From Guillardia theta CCMP2712 (Eukaryota; Protista; Cryptophyta): DNA of 64,000 bases. Below are positions 9,201 through 21,277 of the stretch, in pieces; position 1 is the first letter of the stretch; the number at the start of each line of letters is the position of its first letter. The stretch is taken from NCBI RefSeq assembly GCF_000315625.1, contig NW_005434624.1, forward strand, positions 40,611-104,610. The letters run 5' to 3'. Both the position numbers and the translations under genes were made by a program. Under the pieces are notes generated by a model that was given only the letters and a program-made list of their open reading frames with translations, was not told the origin of the DNA and ran no database searches.

Positions 9201-12200
9201 CACGCTCGTCTCCTCGCCCCCTCGCCTCGTCTCGCCTCTCTTTNNNNNNNNNNNNNNNNNNNNNNNNNNNNNNNNNNNNNNNNNNNNNNNNNNNNNNNNN
9301 NNNNNNNNNNNNNNNNNNNNNNNNNNNNNNNNNNNNNNNNNNNNNNNNNNNNNNNNNNNNNNNNNNNNNNNNNNNNNNNNNNNNNNNNNNNNNNNNNNNN
9401 NNNNNNNNNNNNNNNNNNNNNNNNNNNNNNNNNNNNNNNNNNNNNCGCATCTCCTCTGCCTTGGCCCTCCTCCTCAGCCTCCAGGCCCTTATGTACCCTC
9501 CCAGCCTCCGCCCTCCCAAGACCTCTCGTAGCNNNNNNNNNNNNNNNNNNNNNNNNNNNNNNNNNNNNNNNNNNNNNNNNNNNNNNNNNNNNNNNNNNNN
9601 NNNNNNNNNNNNNNNNNNNNNNNNNNNNNNNNNNNNNNNNNNNNNNNNNNNNNNNNNNNNNNNNNNNNNNNNNNNNNNNNNNNNNNNNNNNNNNNNNNNN
9701 NNNNNNNNNNNNNNNNNNNNNNNNNNNNNNNNNNNNNNNNNNNNNNNNNNNNNNNNNNNNNNNNNNNNNNNNNNNNNNNNNNNNNNNNNNNNNNNNNNNN
9801 NNNNNNNNNNNNNNNNNNNNNNNNNNNNNNNNNNNNNNNNNNNNNNNNNNNNNNNNNNNNNNNNNNNNNNNNNNNNNNNNNNNNNNNNNNNNNNNNNNNN
9901 NNNNNNNNNNNNNNNNNNNNNNNNNNNNNNNNNNNNNNNNNNNNNNNNNNNNNNNNNNNNNNNNNNNNNNNNNNNNNNNNNNNNNNNNNNNNNNNNNNNN
10001 NNNNNNNNNNNNNNNCTCCTCGCCCCCTCGCCTCGTCTCGCCTCTCTTTGTCTGGTCTCTCTCCCTGTCCTCTGCTTCCACACGACCCTCTCTGCCCAGG
10101 CTGCCAGCGGCCGGGCTGCAAGCGACAAGTACAGCCGAGGCCGAATGCCTTTGCTCCAGCGCCTGGCTCGATTCGACTCCTCCTGCCAAGCCTCGAAGTG
10201 CGCCCTCCTCTCCCGCCGCCCCCGACGATCTCCCAGCTGCCGCCCCAGGCGCATCTCCTCTGCCTTGGCCCTCCTCCTCAGCCTCCAGGCCCTTATGTAC
10301 CCTCCCAGCCTCCGCCCTCCCAAGACCTCTCGTAGCCTCTCCCCCCTCTTGCTTCTCTCTTCCCTGTCTGCCAGCCCCGCTGCCAGCCCTTCCCACCCTC
10401 CTCGCATCAGCCCTAGCGCCTGGCGTGCCCCCCTCCTCTCAGCCTGCCGTCTCCTCTCCCGGCTGGCGGCCCATGCCCCCTTCCAGTCCCTGAACGCTTC
10501 CTCCTGCCGCCCTTCTCTCTCCGCCTCTCCCTCCGCCTCTCGCGCTCGCAGCAGGCCCTCCACCGCCCTCCCCAGAGCTCGCCCGGCCTCTCCGACTGCC
10601 GCCCACGCCTCAAGCGCCTTGCCCAGCCTCTGCGTCCTCCCCCNNNNNNNNNNNNNNNNNNNNNNNNNNNNNNNNNNNNNNNNNNNNNNNNNNNNNNNNN
10701 NNNNNNNNNNNNNNNNNNNNNNNNNNNNNNNNNNNNNNNNNNNNNNNNNNNNNNNNNNNNNNNNNNNNNNNNNNNNNNNNNNNNNNNNNCACTCGTCCTT
10801 CCATCCCGTCCACGCTCGTCTCCTCGCCCCCTCGCCTCGTCTCGCCTCTCTTTGTCTGGTCTCTCTCCCTGTCCTCTGCTTCCACACGACCCTCTCTGCC
10901 CAGGCCTCCAGCTGAGCTTGCATCAAGCTTCTGACCTGGCGGTGAGGGGCGGCCTTTCCGTCGTCATTGCGCTCCTTTGCCCATCCCTGCCAAGCCTCGA
11001 AGTGCGCCCTCCTCTCCCGCCGCCCCCGACGATCTCCCAGCTGCCGCCCCAGGCGCATCTCCTCTGCCTTGGCCCTCCTCCTCAGCCTCCAGGCCCTTAT
11101 GTACCCTCCCAGCCTCCGCCCTCCCAAGACCTCTCGTAGCCTCTCCCCCCTCTTGCTTCTCTCTTCCCTGTCTGCCAGCCCCGCTGCCAGCCCTTCCCAC
11201 CCTCCTCGCATCAGCCCTAGCGCCTGGCGTGCCCCCCTCCTCTCAGCCTGCCGTCTCCTCTCCCGGCTGGCGGCCCATGCCCCCTTCCAGTCCCTGAACG
11301 CTTCCTCCTGCCGCCCTTCTATCTCCGCCTCTCCCTCCGCCTCTCGCGCTCGCAGCAGGCCCTCCACCGCCCTCCCCCGTGCTCGCCCGGCCTCTCCGAC
11401 TGCCGCCCACGCCTCAAGCGCCTTGCCCAGCCTCTGCGTCCTCCCCCGCGCCTCAGCCCTCGCCCTCGCCCTCGCCCTTCTCCGCCCTTGCATGCTCCCT
11501 TCCTGCCATGCCCTCACCAGCCGCCTTGCTTCTGCCTCCTCCTGGCAGCGTGCAAGGCTCGCAAGGATCCTCCTCCCCTCTGCCTTGGTCGCGCACTCGT
11601 CCTTCCATCCCGGCCACGCTCGTCTCCTCGCCCCCTCGCCTCGTCTCGCCTCTCTTTGTCTGGTCTCTCTCCCTGTCCTCTGCTTCCACACGACCCTCTC
11701 TGCCCAGGCTGCCAGCGGCCGGGCTGCAAGCGACAAGTACAGCCGAGGCCGAATGCCTTTGCTCCAGCGCCTGGCTCGATTCGACTCCTCCTGCCAAGCC
11801 TCGAAGTGCGCCCTCCTCTCCCGCCGCCCCCGACGATCTCCCAGCTGCCGCCCCAAGCGCATCTCCTCTGCCTTGGCCCTCCTCCTCAGCCTCCAGGCCC
11901 TTATGTACCCTCCCAGCCTCCGCCCTCCCAAGACCTCTCGTAGCCTCTCCCCCCTCTTGCTTCTCTCTTCCCTGTCTGCCAGCCCCGCTGCCAGCCCTTC
12001 CCACCCTCCTCGCATCAGCCCTAGCGCCTGGCGTGCCCCCCTCCTCTCAGCCTGCCGTCTCCTCTCCCGGCTCGCGGCCCATGCCCCCTTCCAGTGTTCC
12101 AATGACATGTGTTTCAATTCGATTTCGTTTCGTTTCTGTTTTTCGTACATTCTTTTGATTTTCCGTATTTCATGTTTTGATTGTAGTTGTATGGAGGTCC

Positions 12201-14984
12201 ATTGTTTCCATGCTGCTTCTGCATGATGTTTGTCGTTCTTGACTTGGATTCGTGTTTGAATTCTTGCTACTTGTTTTGCGATGTGGGTTGTTTCTTTCCA
12301 CATCGAGAAGACTGTAGCTGATGTTGTCGCACTGGTCACGCTAATGATTGTTGTCTTGTTTTTGACTCGTTCCACCAGCTTCAAAAGGAACGCGAGGTAG
12401 AGTTGCTGTCTTCGCCTTGTCTTCGTCAAGACTCTCCAGCTCTCCGACCTCTCGTTTTTCATCTTCTCCTCTATTGCCATCCATCGCATCCGAAGTAGCA
12501 GCAGCCCCGCATTGAGGCATGTCAAGTGCCACCCTTGAAGCATCCGCCTGCTCAATCGCTGAGCTCGACCGGCTTGTCTCAGGCTCACAGTCCCTGCCAT
12601 CCTCTTGGTCACAAGTGTCACTCGCTGCCATCGCTTGGCTGCTGTCAGCAACATCAACCGTCTCCGCGTCTCCTCAAGTCGCCCATCTCTCTGGGAAGAA
12701 GCAGCAGCACTGATCACCAGCAGTTCACCTGTCGACGACCATCTCCTGCTCCACATCCGCAGCCTCGCTTGTAGCCTCCTGCCATCGGCGTCTGCCGTAT
12801 GACTCGACCACCGAAGGAAGCATCTCAGAACTCTCCGCTCTTCCCTCCTCCGCCACCATCCTTCCATTCTTCTCCTTCCCACCCGTCGCCGTCTAGAATG
12901 AGCACTCCACATAGCGACGGCTCTCTTGGCCAGACTTTTTCGTCGCTTCAGGGCCTGCAGCATGAGCGTCTTGCGCGACCTCAGAGACGAGAACGAGTGA
13001 GACCAGGCGGTCAGGACAGACTTGGAGAGGCGAAGCCTTCGAGCGACGTCAAACCTCCTGGTGAGAACCTTGTGCTCCTTTCTCGCCAGACAACATGCGT
13101 GCAAGGCATGAAACGACGTCTTGTACCTCCTGTTTCTCGAGTTGACTTGCAAGCGAGCAGCAGCCTGATGGGTATCCGCTAGGAGCCTCCATTCCTCCAC
13201 CACCTTCGTCATTCTCTGCCTGCTTGTTCGCCTCCACACCTGCTGCATCACGAGCAGCAAGAAGGCTACGGATGCACTACGACTGCATGCCAGCGATCGC
13301 CAAGCAAAGAAGGAGCTGACGAGTCGCGTTCGCTCCCAGCGCGTAGAGATCCTCACTTGCCTGACCGTGAGTGACGAGTGAGCTGCCCCGCGCTTCTTCC
13401 ACCTCTCCATCGCAGCTCTGCTCCTCTCCCTCTTCCTTCGATCGTAAGATCGAGCAACAAGTCGAGCTAGCACTCCTGCTTGACGAGCGCGTAGCATCAA
13501 GGCATGAAGCACTCGTCGCATCTCAATCATCAGCCGCATGGCGTGGACGTAGGTGAGAGACGCCTGTCTCGCTAGAGCAGGATCTTTGTACCAAGCAGGA
13601 GGAGCTCCAAACATCAAACCCCCTAGGAGCAATGCAGCGAATGTCTCAGACTTGCGCGGCAAATCTGCCCAACAGAAAGGTGGGACAGCAGTAGCGCGAC
13701 AAGCGAGAAAGACTTGAAGACGGAGAAAGCTGGAGGGGGAGGAGAGCGAAGGACTTGCTGGTAGACTTGAAGCTTCCACAAGAGCATGACAGTGTTCAAG
13801 CGATGCCTCGCCTGCTTCCGCTTTGCCTCCTCCACAGCACGATCTGTCAAAATCTTTTCGGACATCAGATGGCAAATGCGATGAAGCAACCATCGACGAA
13901 ACCAAAACAACAAGCAAGTGAGGCCAAGGCTCTTGGACAGTCGCGCAGACAACTGGGACCTTCGATGAACTTGTTTCCAGTCTCTTAGGGTTTGGTCGCA
14001 GAGGACGAGGCAGTGTCGCTGAGCGATGCGTCTTTCAAGTATCTTGAGCCGTCGTGAGCAGCACGAGTAGCGCCAACAAGAGAAGCATCTCCTCTTCTGC
14101 AACGAGTCTCTGATCCTCTCCTCCTCCCGTTCCTTAACTCGCTTCTTCCAACCTCTCATCGTCTTTGCTTGCAGGGCGACATGGCTTGCTAGGCTGCTCT
14201 GCCGATGCTTCTTCTCGCAGAATCGATTCCACGCGCACCAAGCGTGAGCAAGAGACAAACGCGACAGACGCTCGCAGAGCCTCTGCGTGGCCTCTCGTCG
14301 GCTCTGACGGAGCTTGACAGAGATTATCTTGTCCTTCCACTGAAACATCGCCCTGCTGGCGTACAGCGAGGGCAAGACTAGCTCAGCTTTGTGGAGAGCT
14401 GACACCACGGGGTAGCGATGAGCTCCGACGTACCCGTTGAAAGCTTCTGCTTCCACCATCTTGATGAGGTTGTGCTGAATATGCAAGGACGTCTGAGGAG
14501 GAGGAAGAACGCGATGCTGCAAGCTCAGAGTGCGGAAGTTCTGGAGGAGAAGCCACTGCGAGCTGAGAAGGTTTCGGATGGATGAATGCTCTGCAATAGC
14601 TCGCCTTAGACGCTGGAGCGACTGATCTGCCTTGTGAAGCACCAGGAGCGTTAGCCTGCCGTCCTTGCTCAGGATCGCTTCCCTCCATGACCTCCAAGTC
14701 TCCTTAGTCCTCGCGTATCGGCGTGCTGAGTGAAAGATCCCCAAGTTCACCAGCAGCACCCACCACCGCCAGACCCGCTTGAGCCCTTGAGCTCCCAGTC
14801 TCGTGCCTTCCCTCTTGTAACATGATCCTTCACTGACTCCTCGATGCTCCTGGATGGCTGAGCACCATGCGGCAAGCACAGCATATGCAGTCTTACGCGA
14901 GGCAAACCACTTGAGACGACTTATCTCTGTCTCGATGAGGACCGTTGAATCCCATCGCTGCTGCCCCTGCACAAGGAAAGACAT
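6280..14984 (-). CDS. Giant Sfi1-like centrin-binding repeat protein with a C-terminal coiled coil (multi-exon, ends approximate)
   Basis: Overlapping ORFs 13623-14984, 9040-13917 and 6801-9203 are Arg/Ala-rich and helical, with [F/L/Y]xxW motifs every 30-40 aa (modal 33). A coiled-coil segment lies at 7100-7650. Confidence 0.7.
8086..12095. repeat. Coding tandem repeat, 804-bp (268-aa) unit, about 5 copies, with N gaps at 9244-9445, 9533-10015 and 10644-10789
   Basis: The anchor GCAGCAGGCCCT starts at 8135, 8939, 10548 and 11352. Confidence 0.9.
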
Positions 14985-15299
14985 GACGAAGGCCCGGTCT
15001 AGACTAAGTTTTCAAGCCGTGAATGCTTCAAGTCCGCAGCAGCATAAGACAAAGTTCTTGCTCCCTACCTCTCGTTCCCGCCCCCCCTGCCCGCAGGCTC
15101 CACTATCATTGTCCGAGTCTCCCACGCGCTTGTCCCACAAGCGCGTGGGAGACGGGGTGAGGTGTCTCTCCCATGTCTCTCCCACGCGCCGCTCTCAGGC
15201 TGGGCCCATGCTCGGCGCTCAGTCAGGCTTCCAGTCCCATCAAGCTGTGCCAAACTCTGTCATCTTCCGAACATCACAAAAAAAAAAAAAAATTCGCCG

Positions 15300-16020
15300 T
15301 GTGATGCGCGGGGATGCGGTCCCGAGGCTCCCGGAGTCCGGGGCCGGGGAATCCGACGGACTCGATCGGCCCGGTGACCGCTCGGACCGTCGGGCGCCCG
15401 GGCCCGGGGCCCGCGGCGGCCGGGACTGGCGGGCTCTCCCGAATGCCGCGGCTACTGCTAGGGCCTGATTGCCAAGTTGTCCGGGTTTATCATGGGTCCG
15501 ATCGGACTGAGGCTTTCGCCGGGTCACGGCCCGGGCCACGGCCCGGCCCGTTGTCGGACTATTCAATTGCCGGGCGGGCTGAGTCCGTCACTATGTCACC
15601 GTAGGCTCGATGGCGTATCACGGTTCAACGGTCAAGGGCAGTTGGTTTCAAGTAAAGCCAGTGACTTGTTGAACCGGCCGCCGGCCGCACAGACTCACCG
15701 TCCCGTGCTGTCAGTGACTCTTTGAATAAGTTTGGGGGACAGCAGCCTAACGGTTCACGGTTCAACGGTTGGCAGGATGGGGCCGGGCTTCAACGGCGAC
15801 TAGGCCCTCGGAGTTGGCAAAGGTAAGTTAACTTTAAGTAAACTTGAACTTCGGAACTGGTTTAGGGTTTAGGGTTCTGAAACTACGTAAGTGGCCCGGC
15901 GGCGTCGGCCGGCCGGCCGGCCGGCCCGGGCACTGACGGGCACCCGACTGAGTGTCCCAGTCCGGGTTTAGTCGGCCGGGAAAGTTTCTTTAGGTCGCCG
16001 CTGGGCTGCTCCGACTGTCC
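15300..16020. promoter_or_regulatory. CCGG/palindrome-rich intergenic island between divergent genes, including (TTTAGGG)2 at 15861-15874
   Basis: Dense CCGG, GGCC, CGGTTCAACGG and ACTGAGT/TGACTC words, upstream of the Sfi1-like and START genes. Confidence 0.45.
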
Positions 16021-17109
16021 CAAGGCAACTCACCCCTTCGTCCTTCTCGAGGGAAATGAGGTGGGTGGTGGGTTGGAAAAAGGGGGGTAGGGGTGGTAGC
16101 GAAATGCAGGCAAGGCTCAAAGAGCGGGACAGGAAGCCGGTCAAGCACGCGAAGGGGTTGGGGGTAAAAGAAGGGGTGGTATCAGTCAGAAAGGGGGTAG
16201 GGGTATGAACAACTGGCGGGGGTGGGGTGCAGATGTGGCAAAGGACACAGGGGATATGAGGGGTGGGTAGAAGATTCTAGGAATGTGGGGTAGGTGATGA
16301 GAAGGTTCGAAGGGGGCGATGAGGGGTAGGGGTGGGGTAGATGGTATTTCATATCGGCGGAGACCCAAAGCAGAGAAAATGATGGAGACAGAAAGCACGA
16401 GAGAAGACGAAGAGAGCGAGGGGGAGACTGTGAGAGGAAGTGAAGCGATCAATGAGTCAGAGGGAAAGACTGAAGCAATGAGGTGAAGAGAGGAGAACAG
16501 TGAGATGATCAGGTCAAAAGATTAGGAGGATGTGGATGAACAATAGGCAGAGTGAGGATGGAGATCTTGGGAGTTGGAGGAAGGTATGGGAAAAGATAGC
16601 AAGCAGCATGGTATCTGTGGAATTAGGTGTAAGATGAATGACGGGAACGAGAGCACAGCAAGAGGTGAACATCGAAGAGAGAGAGGAAAATGGGTAGATT
16701 CTTTTGAAGAGCACAACAGTGAGTGCGTCAGGATGTAGTGTGGGAGTGAACTACTTCAGATACCAGGTATGATGCAAAAGAGTGTTGTTTCAACCAAAAC
16801 CAAGTGTGCGAACTGCTGAGATAAGAGATCAGAGAGTTGTAGAGGACAAAATTTTCTAGAAACTCACGTGGTGGGAGCGCAAAAAAAGTAGGGCGAGAGT
16901 CGTGAAGAACGATAACCAGGGTGTAGATTGGCAGGAGAAGGAGTAAAACAGCTTAGAATGTGTCTTTTTGTTGTCCGATGAAAATTTAGGTGTCAGTAAG
17001 GAGAGCAGATGACTGAAAACCATTCATGGGGAGCACATTCTAATGTATTATGCAATAGTGATTGTTGCGATGCGGAGCGAGTGATGGTTTCGGTCGCAGA
17101 TACCTTGAA

Positions 17110-18605
17110 TGATGCATGAAAGTTGCCACAAACGACAGGTGAGGGCGACGAGAGCTGGTGTGAAGCTGTCATGTGCTGACATGTCCAGGAGCAGGTTACA
17201 GAAGAAGAAGTCTACAGCAGGAGAGCACATTGCACCAAGGGTCTCGGACACAAGATGAGCTTCCAACGCCCACGAGAGTGGACGTCAGTCCCGGAGTACA
17301 ACGATATCATCGATCGGCTTTTTTCTGTGTGGGACAACTCGCCTTCTGCTCAGGAAGACTGGAAATCTGTGAGTAGAATCAAGTTTGATTCGGCTCCCTG
17401 GATACCTTGACGCTCTTCTTTCCCTCATCCCCTTGATACCTCGACGCTCTTCTTTCCCTCCCGTTGCACTTCTGACTGGTCATAGGTGAGAGGAGGAGAA
17501 TCACATGTGGTGGACATTCAGCCTGATCTGCATGGGCCGGTCAAGATGGCGAGAGGTCAAGGCTTTATCCGCGCTACCCCGCAAGAAGTCTTCCAGGTCC
17601 TCCTTCACGTGGAGCGACGGCCGGATTGGGATGATCTTTGTGACTACGGGAGCCAAGTAAGAGAAGGCGGAGTAGGGAGGGATGGAAGAAGCTTGGGAGG
17701 GAGGGATGGCAGAAGCTTGGGAGGGAGGGATGGCAGAAGCTTGGGAGGGAGGGACGGGAGAAGCTTGGGAGGGAGGGAGGGATGGCAGAAGCATGGGTCA
17801 ACTCACTGAAGCTTGGGTCAACTCACTCACTCTTGCTCAGGTTCGCCAGCTTGGGGACAACGCGGACATTGTTTATCTGTCTTATCAAGGAAAGTTGGGA
17901 GTGTGCGCGAGAGACCTCTGCCTCCTCAGGTGCGGGAGAGGATGCGCAGAAGGGGATGGGGGGATGGGGGGATGGGGTGGGTGGTGAAGGAGTTGGGGAG
18001 TTGGGGAGTGGGCTTGGAGAGAAGTTGCGGTGACTCCACTGGCAGAGGTTGGCTTCAGAACCCTGACGGCAGCGCGATCCTAGTTGCCCATTCGATAGAG
18101 TGCGGGGATGTTCCGAAAGTAGCGGGGAAGGTGAGAGCTGGGCAAGAGAACGAGGATGGGATGGGAGACGAGGAGCAGGGAGTGGGAGAGGGGACATGGG
18201 TGTTGAAGGAAGGGAACACAACTGACTGTGAGCAGGTGAGAGCAGAGTGTCACGACTGCGCGTACATGATCACGCCGATGGAGGACGGATGTTTGTTCTC
18301 GTATGCCATTCAGCTGGACATGAAGGGATACGTTCCTCTCTTCTTCTCGTGAGTCCCAACATATGTTGGTGTGCCAGTCTGACAGCCGAGCAGGAATCTC
18401 ATTCAAACTCAACACCCTCTTATCATCTCCATGCTCAGAAAAAACCTCGAGGTGAGCTTGCTGTCTATCTTGCCCTGGCTCTTGCTTCATCCTCTTCCTT
18501 TGTTTCCTTGGCACTCACATTCAGCTTCAAGGGCGATGGATCGAGGAGCAACCAACTGAACTCTTGAATGTAAATAAAGCAACTGATCTTCGTTGTCGCT
18601 TGTAG
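17110..18605 (+). CDS. START (StAR-related lipid transfer) domain protein, multi-exon
   Basis: Spliced sequence ATPQEVFQVLLHVERRPDWDD...DIVYLSYQGKLGVCARDLCLLR|GWLQNPDGSAILVAHSIE...VRAE...YMITPMEDGCLFSYAIQLDMKGYVP. Confidence 0.85.
17675..17797. repeat. Intronic minisatellite, 24-bp unit GGGAGGGAGGGATGGCAGAAGCTT, ~5 copies
   Basis: Direct repeats visible in the START gene intron. Confidence 0.85.
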
Positions 18606-18837
18606 ATCCCGTCAATTGTATTGGTCTCACATGTCCCCGATTCACATGACAGCTGCCTTGCGATCCGGGTTGGCAAGCGATCAGCATACAAGTAGCAAGA
18701 GCTCTTCTCCCTGAGCATCTCGTGCAGTTTTGCGTATGTAGGACGTCACTGATACAGTCACATCATGTTCCTGAAACTTGACCGCACCCTTGCAGTTCTA
18801 GAACTGTGTAACAGACAGGCAGGCACAGGAGACGGGA

Positions 18838-19739
18838 TCACTTGCACGTGCCTTCAGTTGAAGAACATCCTAGTTTCTGTCGTACCAGCGATGGACGGAC
18901 AACGTATGCAAGGAGCGCTCTTTCCTCGCTGGCTCGTCCTATCAGGACATCCGTCGGCAGGTCTGCTGGCGCCTGCAGCAACTTGGTTGCTCCATGCGGC
19001 GTGACAAGATAAGCATGAGAGCCCCAGTCGCTTTTCTTCACGGCCTCTACACACCCCGACAAGAAGAAGGCGGCTGGTCTTTGGATCCACTTCATCTCCT
19101 TCCCGTACACTTCACGTCGCACGTCTTCAAGGCCAGAACTTCCTGCTACATCGGACACGCCCAGCAGCATCAGGTCCCATGGTAGGCAACCAGAGACAGC
19201 CGAGTCGTTGCGGCACATGTCTCTTCCTGAATGGCATTCTCGCACGCTGCCGGACCACCAGGAAGAGAGCACGCGTCCTTCTCTCTCCGTGAACTCAGCA
19301 TCGTCCTCCAGCACCAGACAGACCCCTTGCTCATCTCTGCAGCTTCGCCAGATCATCCGAGCCCCCGCCAAGTTGGCGAGTCGACCCCAAGCAGGTCGCC
19401 CTCGACCTCGGAAGAGCTCCTCTCCCAGCTCTCGCTTGATTTCCTGCGGGCTGTCAGCGAGGGACAGCTTCCGGATCTTCACCTCCTCTTGTGAGTAATG
19501 GAGCCCCTTGGTCTTGACAGCGATGGCCGCAGGAAGGAAGCAGAGCTGTTGCAACGTACGGAGGCGGCGCGCTTGAAATGCCTCGAAGCGTTGAGGGGCG
19601 TGAGGATGAAGACGATGGAGAAAGGCAGAGCTGAAAGAGAAGTCGAATGCTGATCAGCAGGCAGACATATTCGACCTGCCGGCTGTTGGTCGTCTGCCAA
19701 TACCAAGAGGCTCGTAATTATGAACACAAGCAGAATCAT
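18838..19739 (-). CDS. Glycosyltransferase family 25-like protein with an N-terminal signal/anchor
   Basis: CLVLEDDAEF, WDLMLLG and GSHAYLVTPHGATKLL...PTDVLI motifs, hydrophobic start MILLVFIITSLLVLA, and one probable short intron. Confidence 0.8.
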
Positions 19740-19804
19740 CTGGAACAATCAGAACAAGAAAAAGAATGGTGGCGATTGGGAAAATGAAGAAGATTAAAGG
19801 AAAT

Positions 19805-20229
19805 GAGAGGAGAGGAGACGAGATGAGATGAGATGAGATGAGATGAGATGAGAGGAGAGGAGACGAGACGAGATGAGATGAGATGAGATGAGATGAGAGG
19901 AGAGGAGAGGAGAGGAGAGGAGACGAGAGGAGACGAGATCAGATGAGACGAGATGAGATGAGAGGAGAGGAGAGGAGATGAGATGAGATGAGATGAGAGG
20001 AGAGGAGATGAGATGAGATGAGATGAGATGAGATGAGAGGAGAGGAGAGGAGATGAGATGAGATGAGATGAGAGGAGATGAGATGAGATGAGATGAGACG
20101 AGATGAGAGGAGATGAGATGAGATGAGATGAGAGGAGAGGAGATGAGATGAGATGAGAGGAGATGAGATGAGATGAGAGGAGAGGAGATGAGACGAGATG
20201 AGACGAGATGAGACGAGATGAGTTGAGAT
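19805..20229. repeat. Compound pentamer microsatellite (GAGAT/GAGAG/GAGAC)n
   Basis: About 85 phased GAGAN units. Confidence 0.95.
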
Positions 20230-20277
20230 AGCGGGAGATTTATTCCTGTTTATTGACTGATTTAGGTCACCCGGGGC

Positions 20278-20318
20278 TAGGGGTAGGGGGTAGGGGGTAG
20301 GGGGTAGGGGGTAGGGGA
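20278..20318 (+). repeat. TAGGGG(G) tandem tract (~6 units), potential G-quadruplex
   Basis: TAGGGGTAGGGGGTAGGGGGTAGGGGGTAGGGGGTAGGGG. Confidence 0.8.
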
Positions 20319-20762
20319 CGGGTGAAAGGTTGTGAGGTGTCCGAAACCATACGACGATGACGATGAAGAAGATGATGATGGTGATGATGGCGATGGCAGG
20401 TGATGGGAGGAGGAGGAGGAGGAGAGGAAGAGAACTATGGTGTGAAGATTGACATGAAGAAGAGGCAAAGGATGACAGGATGAATGAGAGGATGAGGGGG
20501 CTATCAGAAAGGAAGACACGTCAGGGAGATTCTGGGAGGCGGGAGGGGTGAAGGGAGGGGAAGAATGAGGAAGGGAAACGCGAGTATGGTAGGGAAGGTC
20601 AAGAACGCATGTAGGTCATAAGAATGCGATAAACATGCACGACCTTCAAGATAGGTGACATTCTACTTCGCCTTGGAGCGATATGAAACCATTGAGAGGA
20701 TTCGGCTTACAGATAGACGAGAGACGACTTTGAACTTGACGACTTTGATTTCATATAGTGTG

Positions 20763-21277
20763 ATGCTCTACATTGGAATCTTTCAATGTTCTTTCCTCCT
20801 GAAGTATTTGTCAGTCATCTGCCACACTGCCAACGCCATCTCCGCGACCGCCAACCACATCTTGGTCAAGGAGGAGGCCAAATGCCTGGAGCTGAAGAAG
20901 AGCATCGAGTCGGCTTCGGACGTTCTCAGCAAGGTATCCTTGCTCGCTTGGTCCTCTTCAACTGAACGTCTGTTTGCCTTCAGTTCCAAGAAGTCGCCAA
21001 GGAGCACAGGTGCGCACTATCAAAGTGCAAGCAACCCTCTCACTCCTTGCAGTACCTGCCCTTCTGGCAAGAACGGAGGGTCGCTGGGTGAGTTTGGGCC
21101 GGGTCAGATGGTCAAGGAGTTTAATGATGTTGTTTTCACCACCGGCAAGGTGAGGATCGTCAAGGCCATGCTGGTCGGTGACGGACATGGCAGGTCGGCA
21201 AAGTTGAAGGCCCCGTGCAGACTCAGTTTGGTTATCACTTGATCTTGATCACGAAACGAGGCAACGAAGCCATGTAA
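20763..21277 (+). CDS. ppiC: Parvulin-type peptidyl-prolyl cis-trans isomerase (PpiC-like), 4 exons
   Basis: ATANHILVKEEAKCLELK...|FQEVAKEH|STCPSGKNGGSLGEFGPGQMVKEFNDVVF...|VGKVEGPVQTQFGYHLILI; stop at 21275-21277. The start codon is tentative. Confidence 0.92.

Noticed and set aside
7991-12226. Long plus-strand Ser/Pro/Leu-rich ORFs
   Set aside because: They are antisense shadows of the GC-rich Sfi1-like repeat, partly extended through N gaps.
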